The notes under the pieces were generated by a model, which had not been told where the DNA came from, ran no database searches, and was given only the letters and a program-made list of their open reading frames with translations. This document shows positions 28,258 through 32,000 of a stretch of DNA of 32,000 nucleotides, piece by piece; the stretch's first letter is position 1; each line of letters opens with the position of its first letter. The translations under genes were made by a program, and so were the position numbers. Location of the stretch: positions 1,500,001-1,532,000 of the forward strand of contig NC_020304.1 of the NCBI RefSeq assembly GCF_000341395.1, written 5' to 3'. The stretch is from Desulfocapsa sulfexigens DSM 10523. Its GTDB lineage: Bacteria > Desulfobacterota > Desulfobulbia > Desulfobulbales > Desulfocapsaceae.

Positions 28258-28410
28258 TCAGGATGCGTGGTATGGATGTTCGCCATTGTCTCTTGGCGGA
28301 CCACCTTTGTTCATTCGGGTAAGCTCTTTTACTGAGCCGAAGACTTTCAGTTTGGGGCAGTGATAGTTCTTTCTGGTTGTCTTCTCTTGTTTTTTAGGTG
28401 TTGGCTTCAA
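28258..28410 (-). CDS. Candidate lasso peptide precursor (50 aa; TTG start)
   Basis: LKPTPKKQEKTTRKNYHCPKLKVFGSVKELTRMNKGGPPRDNGEHPYHAS: YxxPxL recognition motif, Thr 15 residues after that Tyr, C-terminal Ser; gggg Shine-Dalgarno-like motif 8 nt before the TTG. Confidence 0.7.
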   Translation of the reverse strand: MKPTPKKQEKTTRKNYHCPKLKVFGSVKELTRMNKGGPPRDNGEHPYHAS

Positions 28411-28460
28411 GTTTATTTCCCCATATGTGCCAGTTGGTATTCCTTCCCGTCTTCCCTTAA

Positions 28461-28490
28461 CATATATATTAAACAAATTTGTTTTGTCAA
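28461..28490 (-). promoter_or_regulatory. Candidate sigma70-type promoter for the precursor ORF
   Basis: Minus strand TTGACA (28490-28485), then 16-18 nt, then TATATA/TATATG. Confidence 0.5.
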
Positions 28491-28733
28491 TATAGAAGAG
28501 TACAGTTCATTCTATCCGTCCCTTACAGCATATAACAGCAAAAAGGTGACAAAAGAATTGGACTTTTAATAAAAAGAACAGTACCCGTTATTGGTATTGT
28601 TTACACTGTTTTGTTATAGATAACTGATTCGTGCTATCGTCTTCTGCCTAGAAGAAGATGGTTGAATCGGCTTCAATGCAATACCTGCGCATTGCCAGAG
28701 AATCACCAGCTTTAAGGAGTGTTCAACAAGTAT

Positions 28734-29066
28734 ATGTCAGAAGACAATAAACATGATGTTGCGGCTGCAGTCACCGATATACAGCTTCTTCTTGCTGAGA
28801 AACGAACCTCTCTTGCTCTGATGCGTACAGGGATTGCAGTCCTGGCTCTTCCACTGTCAGTCTTGAGCTTACTGATTGCCACATCGAAGTATTATGAAGC
28901 TATAGATGTACTCTCTTTTCTTATACCATTGGCCATATTACTTTCTTTTCTGGTTGGCTTAGGGCTGTATCTTATCATTCGCTCCATTCGCCGTATGCAT
29001 CGTAATGATGCTTTGATTCATAGAATAAAGTTGAAGTATGAAGAGATTGCAGAGTATGTGGATTGA
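28734..29066 (+). CDS. DUF202-like small membrane protein
   Basis: LLAEKRTSLALMRTGIAVLALPLSVLSLLIA plus a second hydrophobic stretch; ATG 28734 with AAGGAG upstream. Confidence 0.6.
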   Translation: MSEDNKHDVAAAVTDIQLLLAEKRTSLALMRTGIAVLALPLSVLSLLIATSKYYEAIDVLSFLIPLAILLSFLVGLGLYLIIRSIRRMHRNDALIHRIKLKYEEIAEYVD

Positions 29067-29380
29067 TGATATTTCGTTCATTTTTTTTCATTCTGCTGCT
29101 GTCTCTGCTGGTTGTCCCTAAGCTCTATTCTGATGAGCTGGGTAACTGGCCAGAGGAAGTCAGCGTTTCGTCTGGTACAGTTACGATCTATCAACCTCAG
29201 GTTGAATCACTAACAGGCAACCCAGAAATCAAACCGTCACAGCAGACCAAGCTATGGCATGCATGCATTCTGGTGGTGGCGGCGGACGACGTCATTAATC
29301 GTCTTAAAAAAACTGATTACCATCGAAACTCAGTTTTGCAACCCGGAGCTGTCCCGTGTCGATTATATGGGACACTATAA
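29063..29380 (+). pseudogene. Secreted protein ORF, probably a 5' remnant, 3' end overwritten by a MITE-like insertion
   Basis: Signal peptide followed by DELGNWPEEVSVSSGTVTIYQPQVESLTGNPEIK. The last 23 codons (TDYHRNSVLQPGAVPCRLYGTL plus stop) are encoded by the inserted repeat. Confidence 0.6.
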
Positions 29381-29489
29381 ACCCATCCCTGGGGGCTCTG
29401 CTGCGGCCGTCCAGGCCGCAGATGCTCATATAATCAACACGAAACCACTGCTCCTCAGGCGGGTAGGCTGAGGAGCAGTGGTAATCAGG
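29312..29489. mobile_element. MITE-like palindromic element, copy 3
   Basis: CTGATTACC...GGTAATCAG ends, abutted by perfect 8-bp direct repeats TTAAAAAA (29304-29311 and 29490-29497). Confidence 0.92.
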
Positions 29490-29839
29490 TTAAAAAATGC
29501 AGTCTGGGGTGGGAATAGTGAAATCCGGGCTGTCTGATACGTCAAATTTATCTGATTTTTTACGATTCTATTTATTACTCTTATTGGCTTTACATACTTT
29601 CTGCTATGCGGTGCTTTCAGCACTTCTTGAGATATCAGGGTCCCCTGCCGGTGTTTGCCACAAAAAAATCTCCTTCAAACTTGCTTTATGGATTGGATTT
29701 TTCCTGCCGGAATCCGGCAAAGCATCCGATAATACTGTTTGTATATTGCTTGCTCAGATGATACGCTGACCCCTGTAAAACGAGAAAAAACCGTTTTCGA
29801 AATAAGAGCGGCGTAATTTTTTTTAATTCCCTTGTAATC

Positions 29840-30196
29840 ATGAAAATAGAAAGCAGAACAAATGGTTCGGTCCTTATTGCAACCATACTTGAAGAACGTT
29901 TTGATGCCACCTGTGCCCCCGACTTTATTGTTGTTATGAAGGAGTGGATAGCTGCCGGTAATATACAGATAATCCTCGATTTTGGCCATGTTGACTTTAT
30001 GGACAGTACGGCCCTTGGTGTTGTAATTAAAAGTTTTAAATGGTTGCGACAGGCCGATAACGGAAATGGAGAACTGGGCCTTTGCAGTGTCAATGACAAG
30101 ATAATGAGCCTCCTGCAGTTGACTCGAATGGATAGAGTTTTTCTCGTTTTTCCCGATAGTCAGGAAGCAATAAAAACAATAACTGAATCCAGATGA
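29840..30196 (+). CDS. STAS-domain anti-sigma factor antagonist
   Basis: IQIILDFGHVDFMDSTALGVVIKSFKWL, with conserved DSTALG phosphorylation-site region. Confidence 0.85.
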   Translation: MKIESRTNGSVLIATILEERFDATCAPDFIVVMKEWIAAGNIQIILDFGHVDFMDSTALGVVIKSFKWLRQADNGNGELGLCSVNDKIMSLLQLTRMDRVFLVFPDSQEAIKTITESR

Positions 30197-30636
30197 GTTC
30201 TCCTGAAAGTCACTATTTACAACTGATTATTCCAAGCGAAAAGGAGGACTCTCGCCTTATTGGCAGGGCCGTGTATTCATTTTGTCTTCATATGGGATTT
30301 GATGAGGTTCAAAGTTATCAGATTGAGTTGGCAACGGTTGAGGTTACACATAATATTGTTGGTCACGCCTATGATAATTGTCCCGACTGTGTGATCGAGC
30401 TTCATGCGCAGGGATTGGCTGACAGGATTATTTTCACCATAATTGATAACGGTAAATCTGCAGACGCTTTTGCGTTCCCTGCCTGTTGTCCCGTTGATCC
30501 GGGGAGTGCGATTGACAGGTTGCCGGAGTCTTCCATGGGACTCTATATTATAGCTTCTGTTATGGATACCGTGGAGTACGAGGTGTATGAAAATTCTAAT
30601 ATACTGACCATGATGAAGTATCTGCCCAAATCATGA
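30193..30636 (+). CDS. RsbW-like serine kinase / anti-sigma regulatory ATPase
   Basis: VELATVEVTHNIVGHAYD (N-box), FTIIDNGKSADAF and SSMGLYIIASVMDTVEY. Confidence 0.83.
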   Translation: MSSPESHYLQLIIPSEKEDSRLIGRAVYSFCLHMGFDEVQSYQIELATVEVTHNIVGHAYDNCPDCVIELHAQGLADRIIFTIIDNGKSADAFAFPACCPVDPGSAIDRLPESSMGLYIIASVMDTVEYEVYENSNILTMMKYLPKS

Positions 30637-32000
30637 ACGTTAACGGGTTCTTTTCTCAAAAAAACTGGTTAGCTCCTGTTGTTATTGGTTGTCTGCTGCT
30701 GACCACTCCTCTATTCCTCTCAGGAGTTATCACCCGCCTTACCACCAAAGAGCAGTTTTTTTTCGCCTGGGGACTGATCTTTCTGGTTCTTGTTTTACGG
30801 AAGGTGGCCCATCATTTTTCTGTCTTTTTTGGTATCCTTATTTCCTTCTGCACTCTGTTTCTGCTGAGCCGATATTTCTTTTTTCGTCTGAGTTCGACCC
30901 TGCTTTACACCTCAACTCTGGAGTTTTTCTTTATTCTGGTTCTTTTTGCGGCGGAAATCTACGGTATGTTTATTCAGGTGATGGGGATGATCATCAATGT
31001 AATGCCTCTGTATCGACCGGCAGTGCAATCCATTGAACTTAGTGATCCCGATCTCCCCGTTGTCGATGTCCTTATTCCCACCTACAATGAGCCGGAACAG
31101 ATGGTTGCCATTACCGCCAGTGCCTGTACGCTTTTTGATTATCCTCGGGAAAAACTCAACATTTATATTCTCGATGATGGAGGAACAACTCAGAAACGTA
31201 ATGCTGCTGACCCGAAAAGTGCCGCCGCTGCCCTCGTTCGTCACGAAACCCTCAAGGTGCTGGCTGAATATCTTGAAGTGAATTACCTGACCAGAGAGGA
31301 AAATATATCTGCAAAGGCAGGAAATATTAATGCCGCGCTCTACACAAGCGACGATGGTCAGCAACATCCCAGTGGAGATCTAGTCCTGGTTCTGGACTGT
31401 GATCACGTGCCCACAAGGGATTTTCTTCAGAATACGGTTGGCTACTTTTTGAAAGATCCGAAGCTGTTTCTGGTACAGACTCCGCATTTCTTTATTAACC
31501 CTGACCCGGTGGAAAAGAATCTCGATACCTTCAATAAGATTCCGGGAGATAATGTGATGTTTTACGGGAAGGTACTTCCCGGACTTGATTTATGGAATGC
31601 GGCGTTTTTTTGCGGTTCTGCCGCTGTGCTCCGCAGAAGCTGTCTCGATGAAGTTGGAGGTATCGTAGGGGAAACCATCACCGAAGATGCGGAAACTGCT
31701 TTGACCATGCATGGTCGGGGGTACAATTCTGTCTATGTTGGCAAACCAATGGTTTGCGGACTCTGTCCAGAAACTTTTGAGGACTTTATAATTCAGCGAA
31801 ACAGATGGGCTCAGGGGATGGCTCAGATTTTGTTGCTTAAGAATCCTCTTTTTGCCCGTGGACTCAGTCTGATTCAGCGACTTTGTTATCTGAACTCTGC
31901 CGGATTCTGGTTTTTCAGTTTTTCCAGGCTGATGTTTATGCTGGCCCCGTTTTTTTATCTTTATGGAGATCTGCAGATATATCATGCAACCCTGTTACAG
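30633..32000 (+). CDS. bcsA: Cellulose synthase catalytic subunit-like family 2 glycosyltransferase, truncated by window edge
   Basis: ATG 30633 overlaps the preceding stop and the frame is open to 32000. Contains VDVLIPTYNEP, YILDDGG, LVLDCDHVP, ITEDAET and QRNRWAQGMAQ. Missing from the ORF track because there is no stop in the window. Confidence 0.88.
   Translation, partial: MNVNGFFSQKNWLAPVVIGCLLLTTPLFLSGVITRLTTKEQFFFAWGLIFLVLVLRKVAHHFSVFFGILISFCTLFLLSRYFFFRLSSTLLYTSTLEFFFILVLFAAEIYGMFIQVMGMIINVMPLYRPAVQSIELSDPDLPVVDVLIPTYNEPEQMVAITASACTLFDYPREKLNIYILDDGGTTQKRNAADPKSAAAALVRHETLKVLAEYLEVNYLTREENISAKAGNINAALYTSDDGQQHPSGDLVLVLDCDHVPTRDFLQNTVGYFLKDPKLFLVQTPHFFINPDPVEKNLDTFNKIPGDNVMFYGKVLPGLDLWNAAFFCGSAAVLRRSCLDEVGGIVGETITEDAETALTMHGRGYNSVYVGKPMVCGLCPETFEDFIIQRNRWAQGMAQILLLKNPLFARGLSLIQRLCYLNSAGFWFFSFSRLMFMLAPFFYLYGDLQIYHATLLQ

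Noticed and set aside
28258-28476. The 72-aa version of the precursor ORF given in the track
   Set aside because: Its TTG start overlaps a good -10/-35 promoter and has no ribosome-binding site; the TTG at 28410 with a gggg motif is better.
7466-29489. The three repeat copies considered as a CRISPR array or classic REP/BIME sequence
   Set aside because: They are ~177 bp long, dispersed by 4-18 kb, have terminal inverted repeats and separate 8-bp flanking duplications; there is no regular spacer structure.
29497-29769. 90-aa ORF after the third repeat copy
   Set aside because: Its start codon uses the last base of the target-site duplication, it has no ribosome-binding site beyond the A-tract, and it resembles no protein I recognise.

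Overview
This 32-kb window looks like a deltaproteobacterial / Desulfobulbaceae-like chromosome segment. That assignment is inferred from gene content only. Supported features, left to right: a yqeC-like gene running off the left edge, an HXXEE-domain membrane protein, an IS110-family transposase, a CBS/PAS/GAF/GGDEF diguanylate cyclase, two secreted hypotheticals, a hybrid histidine kinase, acetolactate decarboxylase, and a ZIP transporter. A four-gene group 3b-type [NiFe] hydrogenase operon follows, flanked by a direct duplication of a two-gene small membrane protein module. Then come 6-phosphogluconate dehydrogenase, an FAD disulfide oxidoreductase + TVP38 pair, two paralogous phosphoribosyltransferases, an HPr-kinase-like + asparagine-synthetase-like pair, and a STAS / anti-sigma ATPase / cellulose-synthase-like operon cut by the right edge. 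Three items deserve most attention. (1) A probable phosphorylated (paeninodin-type) lasso peptide locus: kinase and cyclase on the plus strand, with a convergent 50-codon precursor ORF carrying YxxPxL...T leader spacing, a predicted 18-aa core with Met1/Asp9 and a C-terminal Ser; no B1/B2 genes are visible. (2) A ~177-bp nested-palindromic MITE-like element in three copies, each abutted by 8-bp target-site duplications. (3) A ~742-bp near-identical module duplication flanking a hydrogenase whose large subunit ends exactly at DPCISCSVH with no C-terminal maturation peptide.
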